Part shown: positions 8,817 to 18,143 of the stretch, one piece after another
Layout of the letters: every line of letters begins with the position of its first letter
Position numbering within the stretch: the stretch's first letter is position 1
DNA from: an uncultured Candidatus Saccharibacteria bacterium
GTDB lineage: Bacteria; Patescibacteriota; Minisyncoccia; Phycocordibacterales; JACOZG01
Direction: 5' to 3'
Length of the DNA stretch: 64,000 nucleotides
Assembly: GCA_965230925.1 (NCBI GenBank)
Contig: OZ246403.1
Location: 202,455-266,454, forward strand
Notes under the pieces: model-generated
What the model saw: only the letters and a program-made list of their open reading frames with translations
Databases searched by the model: none
Told to the model about the DNA's origin: nothing
Translations under genes and position numbers: made by a program

Positions 8817-8856
8817 AAGCCGCGCGGGTGTGACCTCGCGCGGCTTTCTCCTTTTT
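8817..8856 (+). terminator. Intrinsic terminator
   Basis: AAGCCGCGCG...CGCGCGGCTT stem followed by a T-rich tail. Confidence 0.7.
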
Positions 8857-8873
8857 GAAATGGTGTTTGGTTA

Positions 8874-9482
8874 TTACCCGACAGGAATTTGGAGAGTGAG
8901 TCCCCCGCCCCAACCGGCCGGCTCCACGTCGGCGAGATTATCTTCTATGGTAAGAGGAAAGGCGTAATACACATCCCAACCCAGTCGCCACGGAGTCTTA
9001 CCGAGAAGTGGCGGGAGATCAACCTTGCCACCGAAGCCGGGCTTAGCGCCAAGGCCGATGAAGCTGTCGCCAAGAGTGGTCTTAAACAAGCCGACATAAG
9101 CTTCTACGTCATACTCACCATAATAAATCTCCAGACCTCCACGGAGATTCAAGAGTTGTGAGTCCTTGATGAGAGGATACTCAAGACCCGCCTCCGCCGC
9201 GAAAAAATGCCCCTGAACTTCAGCGCCAGGAAGCACCTTCTCGTTTGGCGCAAGTTCGAACCCACTCAACTGAGCATACCAAGTAACAGGTCGGTCGAGA
9301 CCCGTAGCCTCTACTTCGCCACCGAAGTTTAGTCCATAAATTGGGAGGACAAACTCTTTCTGCGCTCCATCATATTGACCTCTAATCTGCCGGGCTCCGC
9401 CGCCCACCTTTATCCGCTCCGCCGCACAACCCGTTATAGTTATTGCTCCCACCATCCCCATCACGCCCAACCGACTCAACAT
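8874..9482 (-). CDS. Hypothetical lipoprotein-like, beta-strand-rich protein (outer-membrane beta-barrel-like)
   Basis: Hydrophobic leader ending ITGC, Gly/aromatic alternating strands, GGAGG SD. Confidence 0.55.
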   Translation of the reverse strand: MLSRLGVMGMVGAITITGCAAERIKVGGGARQIRGQYDGAQKEFVLPIYGLNFGGEVEATGLDRPVTWYAQLSGFELAPNEKVLPGAEVQGHFFAAEAGLEYPLIKDSQLLNLRGGLEIYYGEYDVEAYVGLFKTTLGDSFIGLGAKPGFGGKVDLPPLLGKTPWRLGWDVYYAFPLTIEDNLADVEPAGWGGGLTLQIPVG

Positions 9483-9602
9483 TACATCATCACCTCCAAT
9501 TCTGGTTTAGAACAAACACCAAATATAAAGAACCACCGATTTCCTTAAAGTCTGCGCTTCTTGGGCTAAAGCGTCAAGAAAAGGCTTGAGAGTTAGTTTC
9601 CA

Positions 9603-10499
9603 CTATTTAAACTTAAACTTTTTGACCCGGAAATCATTTCCTCCATCTTTATACACGTCCAAACCATAGTCGTGAGAATAAGTGCTGAGGGTTACGCGTC
9701 GTGGAATTCCTATCGAAGCGTTCTCCGAAATATCACCCTTGAGAGTAATAATTTTCTTTTTATTTTTTATTAAATCGAAGTGGCAATTATCGAAGGTGGT
9801 CTGTGATTTAAAGGGAATTGGTCCACAAATTTTTGTTTTCCCCGACCACAATGTTAGTTCACTAATCTCATTACCGCCAAAAGTTCCCCCTTCAGCAAGA
9901 TAATGGAAACCCGGATTGTTAATCGTGGTATCCACGCCACTTTTAAAGGAGAGGGCGGCCAACTTAGCCCCTTTGGTACCACGTGAATAAACCTTCTTCA
10001 CGTTTTTTGCCACCGTTTTAATGTCCAATCGTGCCCGCGAGGCATCAACCGTGGAAGGCAAAACTTCTGCCGTAAACGGGTAACTAAAATTTGGTCCGCC
10101 ACTAAAATTGGAAATTGACAATCGAGGATCATAGCTAAAAGCAAATTCCACCACCCCACTTAAGCGCTTGGAGCGAGACAACATATAAGAAGCGCCGTTT
10201 GAATACACTCTCGACTGACCGGGGTTAAGAGTTTCTAGTCCTCTACCCGCAAACACCCCTTGGCTAGTGGGATACTCAGTACTGTTTGGTACCCGAGTAG
10301 AAAGATAGGCACCGCTAATTGGCACTGAGCCGGTATTAGTTACCTTAACCGTAAATAAAATGGAATCATCATCGGGAAGGCTCAACCGCTCGCGGTTGTA
10401 ACCCACGAGCTCAGCCTTAAGACCAGGAATAGCCGCCTGGCTCGAGAATGGAATAATAAATAAAACGGCCAGAAAACTAAGAAAAAATAATTTTTTCAT
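9603..10499 (-). CDS. Secreted Ig-like/beta-sandwich surface protein
   Basis: Signal peptide; FTVKVTNTGSVPI...LNPGQS (CARDB/DUF11-like) pattern. Confidence 0.6.
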   Translation of the reverse strand: MKKLFFLSFLAVLFIIPFSSQAAIPGLKAELVGYNRERLSLPDDDSILFTVKVTNTGSVPISGAYLSTRVPNSTEYPTSQGVFAGRGLETLNPGQSRVYSNGASYMLSRSKRLSGVVEFAFSYDPRLSISNFSGGPNFSYPFTAEVLPSTVDASRARLDIKTVAKNVKKVYSRGTKGAKLAALSFKSGVDTTINNPGFHYLAEGGTFGGNEISELTLWSGKTKICGPIPFKSQTTFDNCHFDLIKNKKKIITLKGDISENASIGIPRRVTLSTYSHDYGLDVYKDGGNDFRVKKFKFK

Positions 10500-10506
10500 A
10501 ATAATA

Positions 10507-10896
10507 TTAAGCCCCCACCAACACGGTAAACCCGCCGTAATTCATGCGCTTCATGTCGAAGGGCATCGTTTGATCTTTGTTTTTATCGTGTGCTTTCTCC
10601 ATATCCTTCATAATCTTGGCGTTCACTTGGTCGCGATGCTTCCGCGACTTGTAGGTGATATATGAGAAGACCACGAGCTCGCCTTTCTTCAAGTTCACCG
10701 TGTCGGGGAAATTCGCAATTTTCACCTCGCCCATCTTGGGGTGCATGTCATCACCCACGCATTCTTTATACTCAAGCGCGCCGGCCTTCATCCACATCTT
10801 CGCTCCCATCGCGGCCATCTTCTTATACGCCGCCAAATCCTTCTCCGCCACCACGAGCAGAAATCCGTCTACGTATTTTGATTTAATTTTTGTCAT
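10507..10896 (-). CDS. DUF1428 family protein
   Basis: YVDGFLLVV, GALEYKECVGDD, HRDQVNAKIMKD, MPFDMKRMNYGGF. Confidence 0.9.
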   Translation of the reverse strand: MTKIKSKYVDGFLLVVAEKDLAAYKKMAAMGAKMWMKAGALEYKECVGDDMHPKMGEVKIANFPDTVNLKKGELVVFSYITYKSRKHRDQVNAKIMKDMEKAHDKNKDQTMPFDMKRMNYGGFTVLVGA

Positions 10897-10909
10897 AGTT
10901 GGGAGTATA

Positions 10910-12202
10910 TCAATTATTTTTAAAAGCCACACTCTCCCCAGCCACAAACCCGGTGGTCCAGCAGAGTTGGAGCGAGTAGCCGCCGCTGGGGCGATTGATA
11001 TTGAGCACGTCGCCGACGAGAAAAAGGTTAGGGTAGAGACGCGAAGTCATGGTTTTGAAATTCACTTCATCGAGCTTCACACCGCCAGAAGTCACAATCG
11101 CTTTGCTCTCGCCGAGGAGACCGCTAATGCGAATGGGCAAATTCTTGATGAGCCCCACCAAGCGCAAACGCTCCTCGCGCGTCACATTACTGCCATCAGT
11201 CTCCAGGCCAATGCCCGAAAGTTCCACAATAACTGGCGCGATGGCGGGGGGAATAATTTCACTCAACACATTTTTAAATTTCTTTTTGCCGTGCGCGTGG
11301 AAGAGTTTCTGGAGCTCACGATCGAGCGCGGCTTGGTCGAGCGCGGGCAAGAGATCGAGCGCCAGTGTGACCTCGCCGTATTGCAAAAACTCGCTCACCT
11401 CCTGACTTAAGTTGAGAATCGTTGGGCCACTAAGGCCAAAGTGAGTAAACAAGATTTTACCTTTCTTCACCGCCTGCTTCGCGCCATTTTGGTAAAGACT
11501 GATTTTAATATTCTGAAGCGTCACGCCTTGCAAACGCTTAACCCACGGCTCACTTGAAGCGAGCGGCACAAGCGATGCACTCGGCTCCACCACGGTGTGA
11601 CCAAGCTTCGCCAACCACTGCAAACCTTCGCCCGTTGAACCAGTCTCGGGATGCGATTTGCCACCGGTGGCGAGCACAAAAGCCTTAGCTTTAATTTCTG
11701 CTCCATCCTTCAACTTCACGGCCACAATTTCTTTACCCCGAGTTTCAAACCCTGTTACTTCCGCACCCGTGCGCACCGCCACCTTGCCTTGCGCCAAGTA
11801 ATCCACCAGCACTTGCCACACCGACTCGGCTTTGTTTGACACCGGAAAGACGCGCTGTTCATTCTCCACCTTAGTTTCCATTTTTCGCCCATGAAAGAAG
11901 TCGAGCGTCTCTTGCACACTCCATTGCGCAAAGGCGGAAAAAAGATAATCACCCGCTCCGCCGGATCGAGGCGAGCCCGCATCCTTAAACTTGGCGAGCA
12001 GAGCGCGATTATCAAACTCGGCATTGGTGACATTGCAACGCCCACCACCGGTGATGAGGAGCTTCTTGCCGAGGCCCTGGTTCTTCTCGAGCAAAATCAC
12101 CTTGGCTCCCCGTTCAGCCGCTCGCCCCGCCGCCATCATCCCCGCCGGCCCACCCCCAATTACCACCACGTCCCACATTGTTTCCGACCCAGTTTTCGTC
12201 AT
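10910..12202 (-). CDS. HI0933/YhiN-family FAD-dependent oxidoreductase
   Basis: GGGPAG, GKKLLITGGGRCNVTN, ATGGKSHPETGSTGEG, LFTHFGLSGP, GGYSLQ. Confidence 0.93.
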   Translation of the reverse strand: MTKTGSETMWDVVVIGGGPAGMMAAGRAAERGAKVILLEKNQGLGKKLLITGGGRCNVTNAEFDNRALLAKFKDAGSPRSGGAGDYLFSAFAQWSVQETLDFFHGRKMETKVENEQRVFPVSNKAESVWQVLVDYLAQGKVAVRTGAEVTGFETRGKEIVAVKLKDGAEIKAKAFVLATGGKSHPETGSTGEGLQWLAKLGHTVVEPSASLVPLASSEPWVKRLQGVTLQNIKISLYQNGAKQAVKKGKILFTHFGLSGPTILNLSQEVSEFLQYGEVTLALDLLPALDQAALDRELQKLFHAHGKKKFKNVLSEIIPPAIAPVIVELSGIGLETDGSNVTREERLRLVGLIKNLPIRISGLLGESKAIVTSGGVKLDEVNFKTMTSRLYPNLFLVGDVLNINRPSGGYSLQLCWTTGFVAGESVAFKNN

Positions 12203-12280
12203 CGACTTATCCTAGCATTAGCCAAAAGAAAAGGCGCGCGATCCGAAGACCGTGCGCCTGTGCGTTTTTTGTAAAAGAGT

Positions 12281-12571
12281 TCAGCGTTCGGACGGGAAAA
12301 CACTTCGGTAGAATTTCTCTACAGTTTTCATCTCCCGACGACCCACCTCAGTCAACCGATAGACCTTTTTTCTCACCGGTTGACCTCTAGTCACCGTCTT
12401 GATATACCGACCGGAAACGAGCTTCTCCCTCTCGAGCCGAGCCATAAGTTGATAAAAACCAGGCCCAATCTTCAATCCAGTTTTCTGACGAATATCTTCA
12501 CCCGACAATTCATCCTCTACCACAATGGCAAGAACCGCCACCTGGAGGTGAAAAAGCTTCGGTATCTTCAC
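12281..12571 (-). CDS. PadR-like winged-helix regulator
   Basis: GPGFYQLMARLEREKLV...RKKVYRLTEVGR. Confidence 0.75.
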   Translation of the reverse strand: MKIPKLFHLQVAVLAIVVEDELSGEDIRQKTGLKIGPGFYQLMARLEREKLVSGRYIKTVTRGQPVRKKVYRLTEVGRREMKTVEKFYRSVFPSER

Positions 12572-12683
12572 TTTCCAATCTCCTACAAAATCCTTGTTTT
12601 CTGGAACTCAGCACCAACCCATACAACTACCACGTCTCATTTCCTTAGTCAAATCCCTAAGTTTATGCTACCTTATCCGTCCT

Positions 12684-14093
12684 ATGGCGCGGGAGGGAAT
12701 CGTTCTCCGGTTTGAGGACGTCACATTTGAATACGACCCCAATAAACCCATCCTCGATGCGGTCTCTTTTTCTGTCCGCGAGGGCAGCAAGCTCACGATT
12801 ATGGGTCAGAACGGCGCTGGGAAGTCGACGATATTTTCTCTGATTACTGGAGCTCTGGCGCCCACCGAAGGGGACATCCACGTGAGTCAAGGTAAGACCA
12901 TTGCCCTCTCGCGGCAAGTAATTCCGCAAGATGAACTCGGCCTCACCGTGCGCGATTTCTTCGCCAAGCGCTTCGACCGCAAAGTGTATGATATTGATCC
13001 GAAGATTGAGGCGGTGCTCGAAGTGGTAAATCTCCACGCGCCGCTCGAGCGAATAGTAAAAAGTTTCTCCGGCGGTCAGCAAGCGCGCCTTCTCCTCGCC
13101 TCGGCCCTCATCCAAGACCCCGATATTCTCCTCCTCGACGAGCCGACCAATAACCTCGACAAGGTGGGCATTGCGCATCTCACGGAGTTTATCAAGGGTT
13201 ATGAGAAAACTTGCCTCGTGATCTCGCACGACGCCGACTTCCTCAACGCCTTCACCGATGGCGTGCTCTATCTCGATGTCTTCACCCGTAAGGTGGAGCA
13301 ATATGTTGGTAACTATTTTGATCTCTTGGCAGAAATTTCGGCACGATTGGAAAAAGAAAATAGAAAGAATGCTCAACTCGCCAAAGAAATTCAGGCCAAG
13401 AAAGATAAGGCGAACTTCTTTGCCCACAAGGGCGGCGGTATGCGGCTCGTGGCCAAGCGGATGCGCGAGAAAGCCGAGGAGCTTGAGGAAGAGAAGGTGG
13501 ACCTGCGGCGCGAAGACAAGACCATTCGCCCGTTCACCATCCCCTCGCAGCCGGAACTCATTGGCGAGATTGTGCGCGTGAATGACAAAATCTCGCTCAA
13601 GCGCAAGGGTCACTTGCTGCTCGCGGGACCAAATGGCAGTGGGAAAACCACTTTGCTTGAGTCCTTAGCAACAGGGAAAAATAAAAAAGCGGTCATCGCC
13701 CCGGGCGTGCGCGTGGGTTATTATCGCCAAGATTTCTCGACCCTCAACTTCGAGCACACGGTGCACGAGTCGCTGATGAGCGTGATGGAGAAACAGATCG
13801 AGCAAGACATGCGCAGTGTCGCGGCCGGCTTCCTTATCACTGGTAATCTCATTAATTCTAAAATTGCGAGTCTCTCGGAAGGGCAGAAAGGTCTCGTGGC
13901 CTTCGCCCGGCTCGTGCTCCAGCGTCCGGGTTTACTCCTCCTCGACGAGCCCACCAATCACATCAACTTCCGTCACCTCCCGATTATCGCCAAAGCTCTT
14001 AGCGCCTACGACGGCGCCCTAATTCTCGTCTCCCACGTCCCCGACTTCGTCTCCCAAATTCGGATTGATGAGGTGCTCGAGTTGGGGAAATAA
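12684..14093 (+). CDS. ABC-F family ATPase
   Basis: Two ABC domains (GQNGAGKS/FSGGQ/LLLDEPTNNLD; GPNGSGKT/LSEGQ/LLLDEPTNH) and no TM segments. Confidence 0.92.
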   Translation: MAREGIVLRFEDVTFEYDPNKPILDAVSFSVREGSKLTIMGQNGAGKSTIFSLITGALAPTEGDIHVSQGKTIALSRQVIPQDELGLTVRDFFAKRFDRKVYDIDPKIEAVLEVVNLHAPLERIVKSFSGGQQARLLLASALIQDPDILLLDEPTNNLDKVGIAHLTEFIKGYEKTCLVISHDADFLNAFTDGVLYLDVFTRKVEQYVGNYFDLLAEISARLEKENRKNAQLAKEIQAKKDKANFFAHKGGGMRLVAKRMREKAEELEEEKVDLRREDKTIRPFTIPSQPELIGEIVRVNDKISLKRKGHLLLAGPNGSGKTTLLESLATGKNKKAVIAPGVRVGYYRQDFSTLNFEHTVHESLMSVMEKQIEQDMRSVAAGFLITGNLINSKIASLSEGQKGLVAFARLVLQRPGLLLLDEPTNHINFRHLPIIAKALSAYDGALILVSHVPDFVSQIRIDEVLELGK

Positions 14094-14184
14094 AGTTTGA
14101 CAAACAAGTTGGTATCGTGCTACGGTAGCCGAGGAATGTAGACGCTTGAAAGCGAAATAGATAGGCTGTTTTTGGAGACTACTA

Positions 14185-14412
14185 ATGACTCTTGATCTTT
14201 GGATCTTTTCCGGACTAGCTTTGACAATGTGTGTTGGTTTTATCTTGGTCGAAATATCGATCAGGATAATAAAAAGCAAAGAAGATACACGCAAATCAAA
14301 TCGACTTTGGCGGTGTGGCTGGGGCTTCGTCGTGGTCGCAGTCATCGGAATTATAACCCACATAGTCGTTATGTCCCACACTAGAAATATTCCCATGCCC
14401 TGGCTACCCTAG
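14185..14412 (+). CDS. Small 2-TM hypothetical protein
   Basis: TTGACA-18-TACGGT promoter, GGAG SD, downstream terminator. Confidence 0.55.
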   Translation: MTLDLWIFSGLALTMCVGFILVEISIRIIKSKEDTRKSNRLWRCGWGFVVVAVIGIITHIVVMSHTRNIPMPWLP

Positions 14413-14453
14413 AACAACAAAACCACCATTCAGAAGTGGTGAACAAAATCTGG

Positions 14454-14487
14454 AAACCGCATCGCAGGGTGCGGTTTTTTCTTTTTT
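14454..14487 (+). terminator. Intrinsic terminator
   Basis: AAACCGCATC-GCAG-GGTGCGGTTTTTT. Confidence 0.75.
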
Positions 14488-14492
14488 CTTAA

Positions 14493-14528
14493 CTCCTCCC
14501 CAACCCTCCTCTTACCCTAAGAGGAGGG
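14493..14528. repeat. REP-like palindromic element
   Basis: CTCCTCCCCAA-CCCTCCTCTTA-CCC-TAAGAGGAGGG; single copy in the window. Confidence 0.4.
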
Positions 14529-14537
14529 TGAAATCAT

Positions 14538-15059
14538 TTAATTCCGAAAAAACTCCGACACCTTGTTTTTGATTAGATCGAAGTCGAGGTAATCGTGATT
14601 ATCGCCCGGAGTTTCGATGAGGGTGATATTAGGTAGATTAACTTTGGTCACAAAATTTTTGACTCGAGCATAGTCTGAGTAGGGATCATTGGTGTTTTGG
14701 ATAATCGTGGTCGGCACCGAAAGCGAAAGGATTTTCTCACCAAGTTGCGCTTCTTGTTCTGGTGTACCGAGTGGCAAACCCACGAAAAGACATTTCACCG
14801 GCTTCAGTTTACCGAGATAATTTCCGTTAATCGTGAGCACCGAGCCGGCCGACTTGGCGAAGACAGCAATTGCTTCATCGCCAACTTTCTCTACCACCTG
14901 CGCCAACTCGAAATCAAAATTAATTAATTCTTCCCCCGTCTCCCAATGCTTATAATAATGTTTGTAAACATCATCAAAACTCGACACACTTGCCGCCGCA
15001 GCCCCATCGGCCCACTCCTTGTTCCGCTTACTATTGCCCGGCAAAACGATAAGTTTCAT
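14538..15059 (-). CDS. Small alpha/beta hydrolase
   Basis: LPGNS, AKSAG nucleophile elbow, NDP, GDNHDY. Confidence 0.75.
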   Translation of the reverse strand: MKLIVLPGNSKRNKEWADGAAAASVSSFDDVYKHYYKHWETGEELINFDFELAQVVEKVGDEAIAVFAKSAGSVLTINGNYLGKLKPVKCLFVGLPLGTPEQEAQLGEKILSLSVPTTIIQNTNDPYSDYARVKNFVTKVNLPNITLIETPGDNHDYLDFDLIKNKVSEFFRN

Positions 15060-15075
15060 GTTGAGAGTATAGTAA

Positions 15076-15726
15076 TTAATTAAACTTCCGCCACTTTCCT
15101 TCAGAAATCACTTCCACCTTATCATCAAGCACCTTCACTGCGGTTTGGTCATCGAGAGCATAAAGCGGGGTGTCAATTCCTTGCGCCACTTCATCAATAA
15201 GCTCTGATGCTCGTGGGAAATACGGCGAATCCATATGCGGCACAATCAGAAAGTCAACAAAACCAAGTCCCTCATTATCTGCTTCAACAATCGGTTCTTC
15301 ATACAAGCGCTGCATTTCTTTCTCTCTCAAGTTTGGAGCAACTATCATACTTCCGGCGCTAATGCCTACATAAACGCGTGTTTTCAAAAGATCAGGCAAA
15401 ACCTTAGCAAGACCCGACTTCTTGATCTGACTCATGAGGTATGAAGTGTTGCCGCCACCAACCATAATCACGTCGGCGCGCTCTAAACGTGATTGCCACA
15501 CGTCTTGCGGCACAGCAGCAATGTCGACAATATCAACTTCTTTGAACCCCAGTTCCTTACATTTCACGAGGTCCTTAATCAACCACCACTTATCACCTCC
15601 TTCCACATTGGCCGCGGTCGGAATAAACACGAGCTTCGCTTCCGTAAAATCCTTCCCCACCAAGTCACGCAAGGCCTTCACCATCGACTCATTCGCAATT
15701 CCGCCAGAAGTTAAAAGAAGTTTCAT
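15076..15726 (-). CDS. Peptidase S51 (peptidase E / class I GATase-like)
   Basis: LLLTSGG, FIPTAA, VGGGNT, YVGISAGS, IVPH. Confidence 0.9.
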   Translation of the reverse strand: MKLLLTSGGIANESMVKALRDLVGKDFTEAKLVFIPTAANVEGGDKWWLIKDLVKCKELGFKEVDIVDIAAVPQDVWQSRLERADVIMVGGGNTSYLMSQIKKSGLAKVLPDLLKTRVYVGISAGSMIVAPNLREKEMQRLYEEPIVEADNEGLGFVDFLIVPHMDSPYFPRASELIDEVAQGIDTPLYALDDQTAVKVLDDKVEVISEGKWRKFN

Positions 15727-15729
15727 GTT

Positions 15730-16194
15730 CTATTCCCCTCTCGCCGCTTTTTCCAGCTCCGCAATATCAAATTTCTTCATCTTTAAGAACGCTTGGGTAA
15801 CGCGGTCGACCTTGGCTTGGTCATCGGTGGCCATCATGTCGTCGAGGGCGGTGGGAGTAATTTGCCAGGAGACACCGTATTTATCTTTGAGCCAGCCGCA
15901 TTGCTCGGACTCGGGCACGGCGCTCAACTTCTCCCAATAATAATCGATCTCCGCTTGATCCTTGCACGAGACGATGAAAGAAATCGCTTCGTTAATCTTA
16001 AAATAAGGTCCGGCACTAATGGCCATAAACGGTTGACCATTGAGCTCAAAGTTCACGATATCGCAATCACCCGACGGCGTGTTATGAAGCGTTTTGATAC
16101 TATTAATTTTTGAATTCGGGAAAACCGAAACATAAAACTCGGCCGCCTCCTTGGCCTCCTTATCGAACCACAAATGCGGGGTAATTTTTTGCAT
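15730..16194 (-). CDS. VOC family protein (PhnB/3-demethylubiquinone methyltransferase-like)
   Basis: MQKITPHLWFD, DQAEIDYYWEKLS, CGWLKDKYGVSWQI. Confidence 0.92.
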   Translation of the reverse strand: MQKITPHLWFDKEAKEAAEFYVSVFPNSKINSIKTLHNTPSGDCDIVNFELNGQPFMAISAGPYFKINEAISFIVSCKDQAEIDYYWEKLSAVPESEQCGWLKDKYGVSWQITPTALDDMMATDDQAKVDRVTQAFLKMKKFDIAELEKAARGE

Positions 16195-16202
16195 GATACT
16201 TA

Positions 16203-16514
16203 TTATAACTTCTTCATCGCCTCTTGGAATTCGGCGTCGGTGGCCGCGGGACCATCGAGAACGGGAGATGGGTGAGCTTGCCAATAGGCGAGCGATTTCA
16301 TGTTGGTGCGGGTGAGGCGGGCGGCCAAGTCGCGATCGCCATCAGTGACCGACTCGGCAAAGAAGTTCACCCCGCCGTCGAAAATTTCTTCGGCACTCTT
16401 CACCTTCCCATTCTCCGAATCAAATTTACACACCAACCCCTCTGGCGTTTCCATCCCCACATCCCCCGCATGCTCCCCCTCAAGTGGCATCCCACATGTA
16501 ATACATGTTTTCAT
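16203..16514 (-). CDS. Zinc-ribbon domain protein
   Basis: MKTCITCGMPL...VCKF...W. Confidence 0.65.
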   Translation of the reverse strand: MKTCITCGMPLEGEHAGDVGMETPEGLVCKFDSENGKVKSAEEIFDGGVNFFAESVTDGDRDLAARLTRTNMKSLAYWQAHPSPVLDGPAATDAEFQEAMKKL

Positions 16515-16522
16515 GTTTTTAT

Positions 16523-16957
16523 TTACATCCAACCCGCCAAAATCGCGCCCATCACGAGGAAGGTCACTAAGTAGTAACCGGCATTGATGAACCAGAGCTT
16601 CCAGGTTTTGCCTTCCCAGAGAACGCGACTCAAGGTCACCGGCGCCACGAAGGCAAGCCAAGCGCAGAAGGCCGTGGAGAGTCCGCGACCCACACTCATT
16701 TCGTCAAAATAATTCCCCGCCATGGTGATGAAGTGAGAAAGCACATAGGCCGTAATGAGCGAGCCCACAATGGTGAGCACATAGCTCTTGGTCATCCCCT
16801 TTCCTTCCGCTTTAAACTTGGCGATCGCCTCTGGACTAATATCAATCCCCACGAGTCGCGCCCAGGTTTTGCCAAACAAAGGGCCATGCCAGATGAACCC
16901 AATCACAAACGCCGCCACCGCCGCTACCACTATCGCCAACCAATTTACTTCGATCAT
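16523..16957 (-). CDS. DUF1761 family membrane protein
   Basis: VNWLAIVVAAVAAFVIGFIWHGPLFGKTW...LWFINAGYYLV. Confidence 0.88.
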   Translation of the reverse strand: MIEVNWLAIVVAAVAAFVIGFIWHGPLFGKTWARLVGIDISPEAIAKFKAEGKGMTKSYVLTIVGSLITAYVLSHFITMAGNYFDEMSVGRGLSTAFCAWLAFVAPVTLSRVLWEGKTWKLWFINAGYYLVTFLVMGAILAGWM

Positions 16958-16961
16958 AAAA
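16898..16961. repeat. 64-bp direct repeat, copy 1 (5' end of the DUF1761 gene)
   Basis: 61/64 identical to 18037-18100. Confidence 0.92.
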
Positions 16962-17032
16962 ATTAAATTAGCTTCTAATCACACCTCTTCCTACTATAGT
17001 GAAATAGTAGCAAATTTGAGTATAATTGGAGA

Positions 17033-18034
17033 ATGGGTATCCGCACAATCATTATTTGGCTAATTATTTTTGCTCTTGGCTTTGGCCTTGGTTGGTTACT
17101 ACACATTGACAAAACAGCAACAGTTCAGAGTATTCGTGAGAATTCTTCCGATTACAAATTTATTAACCCACTACTCTTCGCCAAGTCTACTGATGATCAA
17201 ATTTTCCCTCAATATGCCCCTCTAAAAGAAACGATTACTGATTACATTAAAGAAATGTCGAATCAAGATGTTAGTGATGTTTCGGTCTATTTCCGTAACC
17301 TTAATTCTGGTCAATGGGTTTATATTAATCCCAACGAAACCTTTACTCCGGCGAGCATGCTTAAAGTCATTACTCTTATTTCGGTTCTTCGCGTCGCTGA
17401 ATCTGACCCCGCCTTGCTCAACAAAAAATTCACTCTCCGTGGTGCCGATCAAACACTCGTGAATAGCCAAATGGCTTACCATCCCGCCAAAAACCAAATT
17501 CGAATTGGTCATGAATACACCGTAAAAGAATTACTCGACCATCTAATTATTGAATCCGACAATGTGGCCAATGCGGCTCTAATCGAACTTGTAGGAAAAG
17601 AGAAAATTTTAAAAACCTATAATGACCTGCGTCTGCCTGAACCCAATCAATTTGGTTACACAGCCGAGCAGTATTCGCATCTTTTCCGAGTACTTTATAA
17701 CGGCACCTATCTATCGCGCTCTGTTTCCGAACAGGTTCTAGAGCTTCTAAGCAAAACTAGTTTTGAGGAAGGCATCGTGGCCGCAGTGCCCCCCGAGACA
17801 GTGGTCTCACATAAGTTTGGCGTCCATATTGTGCCGGCTAGCGATTACAGACAAACAAACAAGATAGAATATCGCGAACTTCACGATTGTGGAATTGTTT
17901 ATTATCCAGATCAACCCTACTTCCTGTGCATTATGACCCGTGGTCAAGAATTTCCAACTCTTGAAACCGTGATTAAAAACATTTCCACCATTACCTGGCA
18001 ACAGGTTTCTTCTCTCAACAAGAAAAAGTCCTAA
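17033..18034 (+). CDS. Class A beta-lactamase-like serine hydrolase (membrane-anchored)
   Basis: PASMLK (SxxK), ESDN, HKFG, HDCGIVYYPDQPYFLCIMT. Confidence 0.88.
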   Translation: MGIRTIIIWLIIFALGFGLGWLLHIDKTATVQSIRENSSDYKFINPLLFAKSTDDQIFPQYAPLKETITDYIKEMSNQDVSDVSVYFRNLNSGQWVYINPNETFTPASMLKVITLISVLRVAESDPALLNKKFTLRGADQTLVNSQMAYHPAKNQIRIGHEYTVKELLDHLIIESDNVANAALIELVGKEKILKTYNDLRLPEPNQFGYTAEQYSHLFRVLYNGTYLSRSVSEQVLELLSKTSFEEGIVAAVPPETVVSHKFGVHIVPASDYRQTNKIEYRELHDCGIVYYPDQPYFLCIMTRGQEFPTLETVIKNISTITWQQVSSLNKKKS

Positions 18035-18036
18035 TT

Positions 18037-18100
18037 CCCAATCGCAAACGCCGCCACCGCCGCTACCACTATCGCCAAATAATTTACTTCGATCATAAAA
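18037..18100 (-). pseudogene. 64-bp direct repeat, copy 2: orphaned 5' fragment of the DUF1761 gene
   Basis: Reads MIEVNYLAIVVAAVAAFAIGN* on the minus strand, downstream of a TGgTACAAT extended -10. Confidence 0.85.
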
Positions 18101-18143
18101 TTGTTTGTTGATAATAAACTGACCCGATTGTACCATAAAGGGC

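Noticed and set aside
12663-13613. 316-aa minus-strand ORF (also 10655-11410, 21945-22574, 40450-41142, 50343-51185 and similar)
   Set aside because: Antisense in-register shadows of well-supported genes, with no motifs of their own.
17033-18034. Bona fide beta-lactam resistance gene
   Set aside because: SxxK and SDN are present, but KTG reads KFG and no clear omega-loop Glu166 motif is seen; more likely a PBP-like hydrolase.
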